Shown: in pieces, positions 18,101-28,938 of the stretch
Layout: each line of letters opens with the position of its first letter
Position numbering within the stretch: the first letter of the stretch is position 1
From: Methylobacter marinus A45
GTDB lineage: Bacteria; Pseudomonadota; Gammaproteobacteria; Methylococcales; Methylomonadaceae
NCBI RefSeq assembly: GCF_000383855.1
Contig: NZ_KB912877.1
Location: 3,328,282-3,392,281 of the forward strand
DNA: 64,000 nt
Direction: 5' to 3'
Program-made: the position numbers and the translations under genes
Notes under the pieces: generated by a model
Database searches by the model: none
The model's input: only the letters and a program-made list of their open reading frames with translations
Told to the model about the DNA's origin: nothing

Positions 18101-18716
18101 GACGCTTCTCCTTATTTCGTTTCGATTGATTAAACCAACGCATTTCCAGACATTCGCGCAGCCGCAGCCGGGCACGATGCATGATGACCCAGTAATTGGC
18201 ATCGCTGAGGCCGGTTTCGCGGCAGATTTCGTCGGCTTCCAGGCCGACCAGTTCCCGCAGCATGAAGACCTGGGCCATCTTTGGCGGCAGATTGTTCTGA
18301 CATGTTTCGTAGATGCCCCAGAATTCCTGCTGCCTGAGGGCTGCTTCCGGATCGTTCCAGGCACTCGGGCCGCCATTCCATTGGCCGTTGCTCATGAAAA
18401 AATCGTCTTCGTCGCTATCACTCTCATCGGTATCGGTAAAGCCGATGTCCGAGGTGACGATTTCCCGGCCGCTACGCCGCCAGTGATCGGCGATCTTATG
18501 TTTCAGAATGCCGATCAGCCAGGTCCGTAAGCCGGCTTTGCCTTCAAACGTCGATGCCGATTGCCAGGCGGCCAATAAGGTCTCTTGCACGGCATCGTCG
18601 GCCAGTTCGTCATCGCGCAGTTGCAGCAAGGCATAGCGGAACAGTACCGGACGATGTTCGGCCAGCAGGGCTTCTGTCAACAGTCCGGTGGCTTTAGCCC
18701 CGGCTTTCACTAACAT
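18093..18716 (-). CDS. ECF-type sigma-70 family RNA polymerase sigma factor
   Basis: 207-aa ORF with a sigma-70 region 2 (DAVQETLLAAWQSASTFEGKAGLRTWLIGILKHKIADHWRR) and a region 4 HTH (LSDANYWVIMHRARLRLRECL). Confidence 0.8.
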   Translation of the reverse strand: MLVKAGAKATGLLTEALLAEHRPVLFRYALLQLRDDELADDAVQETLLAAWQSASTFEGKAGLRTWLIGILKHKIADHWRRSGREIVTSDIGFTDTDESDSDEDDFFMSNGQWNGGPSAWNDPEAALRQQEFWGIYETCQNNLPPKMAQVFMLRELVGLEADEICRETGLSDANYWVIMHRARLRLRECLEMRWFNQSKRNKEKRHA

Positions 18717-18916
18717 GCGCCGGCCTCCCTGACAGTGCCAGCATGGAGTACCGATGTGTCATCGAACAAACCGAAGCGGCAGGATTTGTCGCCCGATACT
18801 TGGACGTGACGGGCATAGCCGCTTCCCGGCAAATTCATGAAGCCTCTGAAATTAGCGCTGGCGCAGTCTGCATAGGCCAGAACGCCAACGCCGGCGAATA
18901 AGAAGCTTGTGCGCAT
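18710..18916 (-). CDS. Small secreted hypothetical protein upstream of the ECF sigma gene
   Basis: 68-aa ORF with an N-terminal signal-like segment (MRTSFLFAGVGVLAYADCASA). Its stop overlaps the sigma gene start. Confidence 0.3.
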   Translation of the reverse strand: MRTSFLFAGVGVLAYADCASANFRGFMNLPGSGYARHVQVSGDKSCRFGLFDDTSVLHAGTVREAGAC

Positions 18917-19032
18917 GAGAACGCTCCTTGAGTCATACTACGATATGCCTTCAGTCGCAAGAACAGCATGAAACCTTACAAAAATTTATTGGATTAGCGA
19001 CCATACCGAACATGATCAAGCGCGGGCAGTTG

Positions 19033-19932
19033 CTACACCTGATGGTTTGTTTCCTGCTGTCCACGTCGATATACGCCGGGGGAAAACCCGAAAGACCGCT
19101 TGAATGCCTTGCTGAAGGCTGATGCCGAATCATAACCGCAACGCTCGGCGACCCGTTCTATGGTCATATCGGGCTCTTTCAGCCAGTGTGCAGCGATCTG
19201 CATGCGCCACGAGACCAGGTATTCGATGGGCGAAGCCCCGATCAGCTCGGTAAACTTTTCAGAAAGCACCGTTTTGGAGATGCCTGCACGCGAGCAGAGT
19301 TCGGCAATTGTCCAGGGCTGCCACGGTTCCTGATGCATCAGTCCGAGCACGGTTTCCAGTCGGCTGTCCTGCATCGCCGCAAACACGCCTCGATGTACCA
19401 GGCCTTCGTCAAGACAATGACGCACCACCAAGACAAAAATGCTGTCGCAGAGGCGCTCAACAACGGAGCCGCTGCCAAAGCGGTTGCCGGCTGACTCACT
19501 GACAATAAGCTCGATCAGCTTTCCCAGTATCTCGCCGGCCTGAGATTTTCTGATGACAATCTCAGCGGGCAACGCTTGCCATAACGCCGATTTCGGCAGG
19601 CCCAGCTCAATTTCCCCGCATACGAACCCGGTGTCTCCTGCCTCCCAGGTTGTGGTTAGGGTGGCCGTTGCATCAGCCGGCAGATGATCACCGCTATAGG
19701 ACAGATAATGTTTTGCCGCATGGGGCAGGAATAAAGCCAAGTCGCCGTCTTCCAGCGCAAGCGGCGTTTGCCAACTGAGCGAATGCACCCAGCTCCTTCC
19801 CTTGCTGACAAGATGAAACCAGATCGATTGATCAGAGTTGTGATCAATCAGCCAGCGACCACAAAAACCACCCGAATAAGCAAGTTTGGCATGCAAACTC
19901 AAGCCATTGATCAGTGAAGTCAACGCATCCAA
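19033..19932 (-). CDS. AraC-family transcriptional regulator (N-terminal cupin-like sensor, C-terminal HTH)
   Basis: C-terminal AraC HTH blocks WTIAELCSRAGISKTVLSEKFTELIGASPIEYLVSWRMQIAAHWL and VAERCGYDSASAFSKAFKRSFGFSP. Confidence 0.8.
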   Translation of the reverse strand: MDALTSLINGLSLHAKLAYSGGFCGRWLIDHNSDQSIWFHLVSKGRSWVHSLSWQTPLALEDGDLALFLPHAAKHYLSYSGDHLPADATATLTTTWEAGDTGFVCGEIELGLPKSALWQALPAEIVIRKSQAGEILGKLIELIVSESAGNRFGSGSVVERLCDSIFVLVVRHCLDEGLVHRGVFAAMQDSRLETVLGLMHQEPWQPWTIAELCSRAGISKTVLSEKFTELIGASPIEYLVSWRMQIAAHWLKEPDMTIERVAERCGYDSASAFSKAFKRSFGFSPGVYRRGQQETNHQV

Positions 19933-20212
19933 ATCCTTCTCCCGAACTAACGCACATAAATTCCGGAATCCTGAGCATGGGAAAACGATCCGGAGTCCCT
20001 TAATCTTTATCCACGAATTTCTCGCTCAATAGCGAAAATTTGTAGATGTTCAGTCTAGCAGATAATGCACCAAAATTGAGGAGCGCAATTGTTCAGAAAG
20101 ATTCTCGGCAACTTGATCTTTCAGCATCAAGATCAAGGCAAGGCATGCAACAGATCGAAGTATTGCCATACCCCGTAAATCGAAACACTTTAAGTTTAGA
20201 TAAGGAAAAATC

Positions 20213-20692
20213 ATGGGACAAATTCATCTTAAGCAAACCTTCAACCACCCTGCGGACCAAGTATGGGCATGGCTCAAGGATTACGGCAACATCCACCGCA
20301 TCCATCCGATGATCGGTAAATCTTATATCGAGGGTGAACAGAGCTGCGGCGTTGGGGCAGTACGTATCTGTGAAATGAACATGGGCGGCTTTCAGCTCAA
20401 AGAACGGGTGCTGGACTGGCAGGAAAATCAGTCCTATACCGTGGATATCTATGAAACGACCATGCCGTTGATGAAGCGTTCCTTGGCCACTTTCGGCGTA
20501 CGCGCTATCGGGGCGGAAACGTCGGAAGTCTATATCGATATCGAATACACGACCACATTCGGTTTCTTTGGGAAGAGCATGGATGCGCTGTTCATGAATC
20601 CCGTGATGACGGTGATGATGAAGCGGATGTTCAGAAAGCTGGATGAATTTCTGAGCGGCTCACGGCAACAGTCTCTCGATGCGCCCGGATGA
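20213..20692 (+). CDS. SRPBCC-superfamily protein (polyketide cyclase/dehydrase-like)
   Basis: 159-aa ORF (HPADQVWAWLKDYGNIHRIHP...) of the size and pattern of Bet v1-like SRPBCC proteins. Confidence 0.55.
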   Translation: MGQIHLKQTFNHPADQVWAWLKDYGNIHRIHPMIGKSYIEGEQSCGVGAVRICEMNMGGFQLKERVLDWQENQSYTVDIYETTMPLMKRSLATFGVRAIGAETSEVYIDIEYTTTFGFFGKSMDALFMNPVMTVMMKRMFRKLDEFLSGSRQQSLDAPG

Positions 20693-20754
20693 CGCCCTCC
20701 CGCCTGTAGAGGAGGTACAAGAAAATTTTATCAACGATCATTATGGAGAAAATC

Positions 20755-21360
20755 ATGTCGGCAGACTATAAACTGAAGTTGACAGCAAAAACGATTGAAG
20801 ACGCTGCGCCGAAAGCCAGGACGGGCCTTCAGCAGGCGCAGGAAAAACTAGGCTTCATTCCGAACATGTATGCAAGAATGGCCAACTCGCCAGGGCTGTT
20901 TGATATGTACCAGCAGGGCTACGCGGCCTTCCGGGCGGAATCCGGCTTCACGCCGGCGGAACAGGAGGTCGTGTTCCTGACGATCAGTCGGTTGAACGGC
21001 TGCGAGTATTGCATGGCGGCACACAGTTTCGTTGCAGACAAAATGTCGAACGTACCAAGCGCAGTGACTGACGCCATCCGCAACGATACAGCGCTCCCTG
21101 ATGAGAGGCTGTCGGCATTGGCCAAGTTTACCCGGGTGATGGTCGAGCAGCGCGGTTTGCCGCAAACTCGTGATGTCGAGGCGTTTCTTGCCGCCGGGTA
21201 TAGTGAACGGCAGATTCTGGAGATCATTCTGGCCATTGCCGTCAAAACCTTGAGCAATTATACCAACCACCTTTTCCATACGCCGGTGGATGCAATGTTC
21301 GCTTCTCGAACCTGGGAGGAACCTCGCAGTGCCGGTGATCAGACTGGAACAGTGAAATGA
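20755..21360 (+). CDS. Carboxymuconolactone decarboxylase/AhpD-like family protein
   Basis: Carries the CxxxH motif characteristic of the AhpD/CMD fold (NGCEYCMAAHS). The start at 20755 has GGAG 6 nt upstream; the ORF-track start at 20743 lacks an RBS. Confidence 0.65.
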   Translation: MSADYKLKLTAKTIEDAAPKARTGLQQAQEKLGFIPNMYARMANSPGLFDMYQQGYAAFRAESGFTPAEQEVVFLTISRLNGCEYCMAAHSFVADKMSNVPSAVTDAIRNDTALPDERLSALAKFTRVMVEQRGLPQTRDVEAFLAAGYSERQILEIILAIAVKTLSNYTNHLFHTPVDAMFASRTWEEPRSAGDQTGTVK

Positions 21361-21617
21361 ATAGGTCCTTCAGTAGGCGAAAGTTCATACTGGCCGCCAC
21401 GTCGCTTGGATCGCTCATCCTGACTAATCCGCTGAATGTATTCGCGCAGGCAGTCGGCGAAGGCTAGGCAGTCCTTCGCCCGCACGACAAGCAGTTAGGA
21501 CAGATGCCCGCTGGCCAGGAAGCCGGACATCATAGCCTCCGACATGAGAGGCGTGGCCGACGTGCTTCTCCAGTAAGTTTTGCCCGTATAGTTCCCAATA
21601 TCAATAAGAGTTTTGTA

Positions 21618-22484
21618 ATGAGACAAACGTTTAAAGTTGTAACTACGCTGGCTGGATTGATTTTTACTTGCCAGGCGCTTGCTGCTGAAATAGTCTGGAG
21701 CACTTCAGGATTCAAAATGCCGGAATCGGCCGAATATGATATCGCCCATGACCGATACTATGTTTCAAATGTGAATGGCGGCGTCATGGAGCAGGATGGC
21801 AATGGCAGCATCAGTTTACTTGACGGCAACGGCAAGTTGATCGATGTGGACTGGATTACCGGCCTGCATTCGCCAAAAGGACTTGCCCTGTACAAAAACA
21901 AGCTCTATGTCGCCGACGTCAAGCAGCTGGTGGTCATCAATGTTGACAGCGGCAAGATAGTGGCCCGTTACGAGGCGAGCGATTCCCGAGTGCTCAACGG
22001 GATTGCTATCAATCAAGCGGGGAAAGTCTTTGTCTCGGATTGGACTGGCAACTGTATTTATACCCTGGAAGATGGCGAACTGAAAATATGGCTGGAAGAT
22101 CCCGAACTGAATTCGCCCAATGGCCTCTGGGCGGATAAGACTCATCTTTATGTGGCCAGCTGGGGCAGGAATCCCAAAGACGATTTCACCACGGAAACCT
22201 CCGGCAACCTCAAAAAAATATCCCTGAAAACCCAACAGATCGAGACGCTCGATCATGAAGGCCCATGGCTTAATTTGGACGGCATTGCCCGTTATGCCAA
22301 AAACAAATGGCTGGTCAGCGACTTTCTCAAAGGCGAGCTTTTACTGATCAATAAAAGTGGTCATATTGAAAAGTCACTGCCATTAAAGAAGAGTTCAGCC
22401 GATTTTTACTACCTGCCTGAAAAACACCTGGTCATTGTCCCGCTGCTTATGGAAAACCAGGTGGTGGCTTACCGAGTGGACTGA
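21618..22484 (+). CDS. Secreted beta-propeller protein (SMP-30/gluconolactonase/NHL-repeat-like)
   Basis: Signal peptide (MRQTFKVVTTLAGLIFTCQALAA) chosen over the upstream extension. Repeated hydrophobic beta-strand blocks with conserved Asp/Asn/Gly (NGIAINQAGKVFVSD, PNGLWADKTHLYVASWG) are typical of six-bladed propellers. Confidence 0.55.
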   Translation: MRQTFKVVTTLAGLIFTCQALAAEIVWSTSGFKMPESAEYDIAHDRYYVSNVNGGVMEQDGNGSISLLDGNGKLIDVDWITGLHSPKGLALYKNKLYVADVKQLVVINVDSGKIVARYEASDSRVLNGIAINQAGKVFVSDWTGNCIYTLEDGELKIWLEDPELNSPNGLWADKTHLYVASWGRNPKDDFTTETSGNLKKISLKTQQIETLDHEGPWLNLDGIARYAKNKWLVSDFLKGELLLINKSGHIEKSLPLKKSSADFYYLPEKHLVIVPLLMENQVVAYRVD

Positions 22485-22486
22485 TA

Positions 22487-23263
22487 ATGCCTCAACTACA
22501 GAATAAAAAAGCTGTCATCACGGGCGGCAGCGACGGTATCGGCCTGGGCATCGCAAAGGCATTCGTTGAAAATGGTGCCGATGTCGTCATCATCGCGCGT
22601 AGCGAAAAAAAGTTGCAGGATGCGCGTTCTCAGCTCTTGGCCATTAGTGAACGAGAAGTGCACTGTATCTCAGCCGATTTATCGGATGCTTCGGCGGTTT
22701 CAGAAACCGCCAGACAAATTACCGAGCTATGGCCGGCTATCGATAGCCTGGTTAACAATGCGGGAACCGCGCTATTTTCACCGTTTGAAAAAGTGACGAA
22801 TGATGAACTGGATGCCCTGATAGCGCTTAACATTAAAGCGCCTTATCTTTTTACACAATGTCTGATGCCTGCCTTAGAAGAAAGGCGGGGCAACATCATT
22901 AATATCTCATCCTATTTTTCTCATCGAATGATCCCAGGGCGAACCTCCACGGCCTACTCGCTAACCAAAGGAGCGCTGGATTCATTTACCAAGGCACTGG
23001 CATCCGAACTCGGTTCGAGAGGGATTCGAGTCAATGCCATTGCGCCTGGAACAGTCGATACGCAATTGGTGCGTACCACCCTGGAAAACATGCCGGCTGA
23101 TGCAGCCAAGCAGTTCCAGACTATGATTGAAAAGATTTATCCGTTAGGCCGAATAGGCCAACCCGAGGATATAGGCGGAGCAGCCGTCTATCTGGCGTCT
23201 GATCTTGCCAAGTGGGTAACGGGTGCTATTTTCAACATTGATGGCGGGTTGACGACAAATTGA
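22487..23263 (+). CDS. SDR-family short-chain dehydrogenase/reductase
   Basis: Cofactor-binding motif TGGSDGIGLGIAKAF, NNAG motif, and a catalytic S...Y...K arrangement (SSYFSH..., YSLTKGAL). Confidence 0.85.
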   Translation: MPQLQNKKAVITGGSDGIGLGIAKAFVENGADVVIIARSEKKLQDARSQLLAISEREVHCISADLSDASAVSETARQITELWPAIDSLVNNAGTALFSPFEKVTNDELDALIALNIKAPYLFTQCLMPALEERRGNIINISSYFSHRMIPGRTSTAYSLTKGALDSFTKALASELGSRGIRVNAIAPGTVDTQLVRTTLENMPADAAKQFQTMIEKIYPLGRIGQPEDIGGAAVYLASDLAKWVTGAIFNIDGGLTTN

Positions 23264-24177
23264 ATTGGCATAATAGGACCAGCGGGGCATTTGAACAGAA
23301 ACTTACGGTTTCGCCCTCACAGCGGCACCTCATGTTCACAGCGCGGGCATGGTGATTGTCGATTTGATAATTGGGCCATTCCTTCAGCATTTGACTTTAG
23401 CTCAATGCGCAAGACGCCTTGCATGCGAGTCCTCAGGAAGAAGAGATGACGCAGCGTACCGTCTCTCTACCCGAAGGATTCGCGCGAGCAGGTTGTCTAT
23501 TTAAAGCAAACTTAAGTTTGCAGGTGTTACTCTTTGATAAAACGCATGAAAATGGATCAGAGGACATTATGATTATGGCTAAGTTTAAACTTGACGACGG
23601 TACTGAATATTTGGCGGAAGACTTTATCAATGGCTATTTGGTTAATCCGTTATTGCTGCGCGGATCCACGCCGACATCACCTTTCATTCTCCGCTCCGAG
23701 CAGGTATTTTCAGTGCATTGCCTCATTAATAAAGGGCTGAAGTGCTGGGGGGTGTTTGACAATCTCGTGGATGCGCTTATATGTGCCCAAAACGGCCCTT
23801 CCTGGCCCGACAGATCTAGCAGTCAGCGGCAACCTGCGAAAGCGCGCCGAATGTTTACCAATCAAAAGCAATACAGCTGACCGGTAAAATTCATATTCCA
23901 TGCAAAGCATGGAAATGCATTCCGCACCGCCTGAGCGGGAACCGGACGGCCAGCCTCCAAGGCCGGTTCCTGCTCAGAGCACTCGTCTTTATACACGAGT
24001 GCTCGCTGCTGACGGGAGGCAGGCGCGTCGACTGCATCGATGGGACATGATTACGCCATTTCCCGCATTCCCCCAGCCAGAGGGAAGATGCAGGAGCGAG
24101 ACTGAAGCCGGCTAAAGCGGCTTGATTTTCGTACGATCTTAGGCGAGTTTTCCGGGCTACAAGTCGGTTTTTGCGGA

Positions 24178-25248
24178 TCAGGTTGTTTTTTGCAGGCGGT
24201 TCAGTTTTTTAATCGAACGGAAACTCACCAGTATTTGCCGGTTTTCGTCCCAGAGGTTTAACCACAGGGATTTAAGGCTTTTACGGAAAGTCAGCGGCTT
24301 TACCGTTTGTAAGGCAGGCACCTCATCGTGACAGCGTTGCAAGTGATAGTTAGGTATGTTCGCTCTGAGGTGATGGATATGATGCAATCCGATATTGCCG
24401 ACGGTCCATTGCAGCACTTTCGGCAATTTATAATAAGAACTTCCTTTCAACCCCGCATCGGTCATGTCCCAGTTCTGTTCGCGCGCCCAGTAAACATCCT
24501 CGTACTGATGCTGAATATAAAACAGCCACATTCCGGTGCATGCCGCCAGAAGGAGAATGGGCAATTGAATCATAAGGTAATTCTGAAAACCCAGAAGCAA
24601 GCTCATCCCTATGATAAGAACCGCAAGGGCGATATTGGTGAAAACGACTCCGTAACGCTCCCGTTTGCCGGCGCCAAGGCTTGGAAAGCGCTGCACCACT
24701 AAAAACAGCACGATCGGAATCAGACCGAACAATACCAAAGGGTTACGAAAAAGCCTGTAAGCCAGGCGTTTCAACCACGAAGCGGCTAAATATTCTTCTA
24801 CGGTCATTGTCCAGATATCGCCCGCGCCTCGACGATCCAGATTGCCTGAGGCCGAATGATGAATGATATGGGTGCGTTGCCAGTCTTCGTAGGCGGTAAA
24901 TACCATAATTCCAGCAATATAGCCCAGAATCCGGTTAGCTTTGCGTGAAGGAAAAAAGGCACTGTGACAGCTGTCGTGGAAAAATATAAAGATGCGCACC
25001 AACAGACCTGCAGCCGGAACGGTTAATAGCAAGGTGACCCAATACGGGTAGCCCTGGAGCGTGGAAAAAATCATTAATCCCCATAGGGCGAGGTAGGGTA
25101 TGAAAGTATTCGATATTTGCCAGAAAGCTTTCCGGTAATCGGGGCGCGCATACTTTGATACGGCCCGGATCAAGTCTTGTCTGTAAGTGGAGGTATTTAC
25201 AAAGCCCGGGGATGACGATGCTTTGTGGCTCAAAAACTGCTCGGACAT
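24178..25248 (-). CDS. Membrane fatty-acid desaturase family protein
   Basis: Multiple TM helices and three His boxes (HDSCH, HIIHH, HHIHH) in the order typical of acyl-lipid/CoA desaturases. Confidence 0.8.
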   Translation of the reverse strand: MSEQFLSHKASSSPGFVNTSTYRQDLIRAVSKYARPDYRKAFWQISNTFIPYLALWGLMIFSTLQGYPYWVTLLLTVPAAGLLVRIFIFFHDSCHSAFFPSRKANRILGYIAGIMVFTAYEDWQRTHIIHHSASGNLDRRGAGDIWTMTVEEYLAASWLKRLAYRLFRNPLVLFGLIPIVLFLVVQRFPSLGAGKRERYGVVFTNIALAVLIIGMSLLLGFQNYLMIQLPILLLAACTGMWLFYIQHQYEDVYWAREQNWDMTDAGLKGSSYYKLPKVLQWTVGNIGLHHIHHLRANIPNYHLQRCHDEVPALQTVKPLTFRKSLKSLWLNLWDENRQILVSFRSIKKLNRLQKTT

Positions 25249-26008
25249 AAATTAACTCTATGAAAATAAAAAGAATGCTTGTGGCCTGGATTTGGCCAGG
25301 TACAACTTGAGGATTTGGGATAGAGGCCGGACCGGCCTATTGAAAGAAACTAAATAATGGGCACCAGGCCCAAGCAGCAAAATAGCGATTGTTCGCTATA
25401 TGTGCACACATCAATGTCTACTTGTTAACATTCATGGCAGAACCCTTTAAGGTAACTCTCCTTATCCGGAAATCATGGGGGCAGTTCCTAAAGCTTGTGC
25501 TTTCCGCGTGCATGAGGGCTCTCTCATTCATCAACCCGATAATTGGATGAGGTAATCAGTGTTAAGTTCATAGTCATGTTTTTTATCAAGATGATGTATC
25601 AACGCTTTTCCGGCCACAACAATGATCCGCTTTAGGCTGCAATTCGCGGTTTACTTACGATAAGAGGGTAATTGATTGCGTTTGCCGCGCCCGAGCAGCG
25701 CTTGAACCTCCTCTGCCCAAAATGGCCCAATGCTCGCGCCGGTACGAATTCAATTGCGCCCCGGAGCAGTATTCGCACTGAACCGCCGCCCGATTTCTCT
25801 TTCCAAACGACAATGTACCCGCGGAAAGCGGCTCATTCGATTTGCTTGCCGCTATGCGTAGAACCTAACCCGGTGCTAGTGGTCTACTCAAGGTCGTCGG
25901 TCAATGAACCGTTACGCATGAATATCATGCTATCCCCGTGGCGTAATCATCGGTTTGCATTCGGCACGAAACCGTGCCGTCAATTATCCTCTGAAATAGG
26001 AGATTCTC

Positions 26009-26425
26009 ATGGTTAAGACTTTTTTGATCCTTGTCGTTGCCCTGGTAGTGGAGGGCTGCGCATCGACCCGCCCGGTTCTTTATCCCAACGCGCATTTAAC
26101 CTCCGTCGGGTCGGAAGCCGCGGAACGCGATATCGAGAGATGCATGGAGCTTGCCGACGCCGCCGGTATCGATTCCGGCGGCAGCGAAGCCGGTCGGGCG
26201 GCGGCCGGGACTGCCGGAGGTGCTGCTATCGGCGCTGCATCGGGCGCCGTAGGGGGGGCGGTGGTGGGATCGGCAGGGGCAGGGTCGGCCATCGGAGCGG
26301 CTTCCGGCGCGGTCGCCGGCTTGCTGAATTGGATATTCAGCAAGCCGAAACGCAGTTCCGCCTATGAGAACTTCGTCAACAGATGTCTTGAGGAGCAAGG
26401 GTATCAGCCCGTGGGCTGGGACTGA
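26009..26425 (+). CDS. Glycine-zipper lipoprotein (17-kDa surface antigen-like)
   Basis: AGGAG RBS upstream of the start; lipobox LVVEGCAS; a long Gly/Ala zipper (GAAIGAASGAVGGAVVGSAGAGSAIGAASGAVAG). Confidence 0.6.
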   Translation: MVKTFLILVVALVVEGCASTRPVLYPNAHLTSVGSEAAERDIERCMELADAAGIDSGGSEAGRAAAGTAGGAAIGAASGAVGGAVVGSAGAGSAIGAASGAVAGLLNWIFSKPKRSSAYENFVNRCLEEQGYQPVGWD

Positions 26426-26747
26426 TATTCATCATACAGGCGACGACGATTGCACTCATGCCCGCTGCGTAAGGCAGCGGTTGCGCGCACGGATAGGATG
26501 CGCTTCCAAAGTCCCGCCGGCTTTCTGACCCGTCCATCCGGCTCAAAATACCCGTTTCAGCCAAACCCCAGGCTGCATGGCTTCCTATCTAAGGAACGTG
26601 AATTTTATAATTCCCGCAACTGACTTGTCTTTCTGTCCCTCTTCGGCGTTGCGCAAACAGTTACATAGCTTGCTATGCGCCTGTTTGCGCGCCTTGAATA
26701 TGAACAGAAATCCTGCCTCAATTGCGGGTCTTATTTCATTCCCGTTC

Positions 26748-28586
26748 CTAAACACTGCGCCAGATGCGTCCGTAATTGGACGGAATGGTCAGCCAGTGTT
26801 CCTGCCCCGGCGCACTGACAAAGTTGTCCTGGCCGTGCAGTTGCTCGTTATAGCCGCCGGCGCGCCCGAAGTTAAACGGCACGCTTTGATCGGCATGCGT
26901 GAAGTTCACCGCGATCAGACTGGTTGCCGCATCGGTCGTGCGCTCGAACAGCAGCAGGCCGCGTGACAGATACCGTTCATAATCATTATGAAAATAATGG
27001 CTCCCCCGGCGCAATTCCTCGCAGGACTTGCGCAGATTCACCAGTTTGCGGGTCAGACCCACCAGGCTTTTGCCGACCGGGTCATAGAAATAATCCCAGC
27101 GCAGCGGCCGAAGCAGCAGCACGCGGCCCAGACCGTCCTCGGGCAGAAAATAGTTTTCGCCGAATTCCTGTCCTTGCCAGAGCATGGGGATGCCCTTCGC
27201 GGCCAGCAACGCGATCAGGTAGGGCTGGAGGCGATACCAGTGCGCGCGCTCGCCTTCGGCGAAAAGCGGATTCCAGTCGCGTTGCCGGAGTCCGAACTCG
27301 CACAGGAAACGGCTGTGATCGTGGTTCTCGATATATTGCAGCGGCGCCTTGCCCAGCACCTCGCCATTGTGGCTGGCCTGTCCGATATAGCCTACCGCGC
27401 CCAGCCGCAGGCCGAGGTGCTCTATCGCTCCGGCGGCGCCGCGCGCGCAGGCCCCCGCCGCGCCGAAAGTGGCATTCTGCCAGGTGGCGTTGCTGTAGCT
27501 CTGTTCGAGAATCTGTTCAGGCGCTTCCAGTTGCTCGGCGATCTGAATCAGACGAGGGCCTTCCGGCGCGTCGAAGCGGGACAGCCGCGCGAGCGCGCCC
27601 TTGACATACTCGTAGGTGTGAAAGACCAGACTGGCATAACCGTCGCCCATGGCCCCGTCCCAGTAATTGGGCACACAATCGTAGCGAAAGCCGTCGATGT
27701 GATAAGTCTCCAACCAGTGCTGGTTGACGCTAAAGAAAAAATCGCGGGTCAGGCTGCGCCTGAAGTCGGTGCCGACGCCGAAATAGTCCTTGGCGAACGG
27801 CCCCATAAACGGGTTTTCATGATACTGCAGGCGCCGGTAGAGATCGTGGTAAGGAAAGTCATCAGCGGTATGGCCATAAACGACATCCACGACAACCGCC
27901 AGCCCGCGCTGGTGCGCCGCATCGACAAAATGCTGGAAATCGGCGCGCCGGCCAAACCGTTCATCGACGCCAAAATAGCCCAGCGGCAGATAGCCCCAAT
28001 CAACCTCCAGCGCGACATTACTGACCGGCATCACCGACAACGCGTTGACGCCCAGATCGGCAAGATAGTCGAGACGGTCGATCGCGCCTTGCAGGTCGGC
28101 GCCGAACTCGGCGAGATTCAGTTCGTACAGGATCAGATCGTGCAGCGCCGGCGTTTCCCAGTCCGCCTCGCCAGGGCTCCAGGCATAAGGGCTATAGCCG
28201 AGCGTGAAGGCGGAGAGCTTGCCGACGGCGTATTCGCGCGCAAAGGGATCGATGATCCAGTCCAGTATGCCGACATTCGGGTTATGCAGCTCGTAACGGT
28301 AGACATGCCGGCCGGGCGAACCGAAATGCGACCCCGGCTGCGCGTCGCGGACAATGTTGAAATCAACCGTTACCGACCAGGCGTCGCCGTACTCGGCATC
28401 GACGCCATGCCGCAGCTCGATAGCCATCGGCTGTATGGCCTGGATGAACTGATCCCGCTCATGAATGAGCTTTATAAACAGCCGATTGCCGGCGCTCGCC
28501 GAAACCCAGGGCAGCAACAGTCCGAAATCGACCACGCCGGGCGCGGATTCGTGGGGGCCTAGTCTGGCCAAAGGAAGGCTTTTCAT
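26748..28586 (-). CDS. Glycoside hydrolase family 13 (alpha-amylase superfamily) enzyme with N-terminal CBM48/E-set-like domain (TreZ/isoamylase-like)
   Basis: 612-aa ORF with GH13 conserved regions (VVVDVVYGHTADDF, GFRYDCVPNYWDG, a region II-like Asp nucleophile context, and the IENHDH region IV). Confidence 0.75.
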   Translation of the reverse strand: MKSLPLARLGPHESAPGVVDFGLLLPWVSASAGNRLFIKLIHERDQFIQAIQPMAIELRHGVDAEYGDAWSVTVDFNIVRDAQPGSHFGSPGRHVYRYELHNPNVGILDWIIDPFAREYAVGKLSAFTLGYSPYAWSPGEADWETPALHDLILYELNLAEFGADLQGAIDRLDYLADLGVNALSVMPVSNVALEVDWGYLPLGYFGVDERFGRRADFQHFVDAAHQRGLAVVVDVVYGHTADDFPYHDLYRRLQYHENPFMGPFAKDYFGVGTDFRRSLTRDFFFSVNQHWLETYHIDGFRYDCVPNYWDGAMGDGYASLVFHTYEYVKGALARLSRFDAPEGPRLIQIAEQLEAPEQILEQSYSNATWQNATFGAAGACARGAAGAIEHLGLRLGAVGYIGQASHNGEVLGKAPLQYIENHDHSRFLCEFGLRQRDWNPLFAEGERAHWYRLQPYLIALLAAKGIPMLWQGQEFGENYFLPEDGLGRVLLLRPLRWDYFYDPVGKSLVGLTRKLVNLRKSCEELRRGSHYFHNDYERYLSRGLLLFERTTDAATSLIAVNFTHADQSVPFNFGRAGGYNEQLHGQDNFVSAPGQEHWLTIPSNYGRIWRSV

Positions 28587-28938
28587 AATTAAACAGTCCT
28601 GGGTTGGTTAATGGGACGAATAGGGGTAAAGCTGATGGCTGGCGTAGTCGGCCAGGCAATCGGTTCGAGGTTGGCATAACCGGCCAATCATGCCGATTAA
28701 ATGCCCAGTTTGACTCTGGATCAATAAGTGAAATTACGTAGCGGCAAGCCTTGGCCCGGACCGATTTGATCATTCAGTGGAAAATGCCCGGCTTTTCGCC
28801 CGCCCCGCTAAAAACCTGTCAATTTCTTAAAAGCAGCTATTCTTAATATGATCACATCCAGAATCCCCATAATATGTCTTGACATAATATGGGGTAAGAA
28901 TCTATTCTGTCAGCGCCACTCAGCACAAGGAGTAACCC

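Noticed and set aside
23419-23880. 153-aa plus-strand ORF (possible ~100-aa gene from MIMAKF at 23569)
   Set aside because: Lies in an AT-rich spacer with no homology signal I can recognise and weak start-site evidence. Not confident enough to call.
26988-28562. 524-aa plus-strand ORF
   Set aside because: Antisense to the GH13 gene (26748-28586), which has clear conserved glycosidase regions. The plus frame is Arg/Ala-rich noise.
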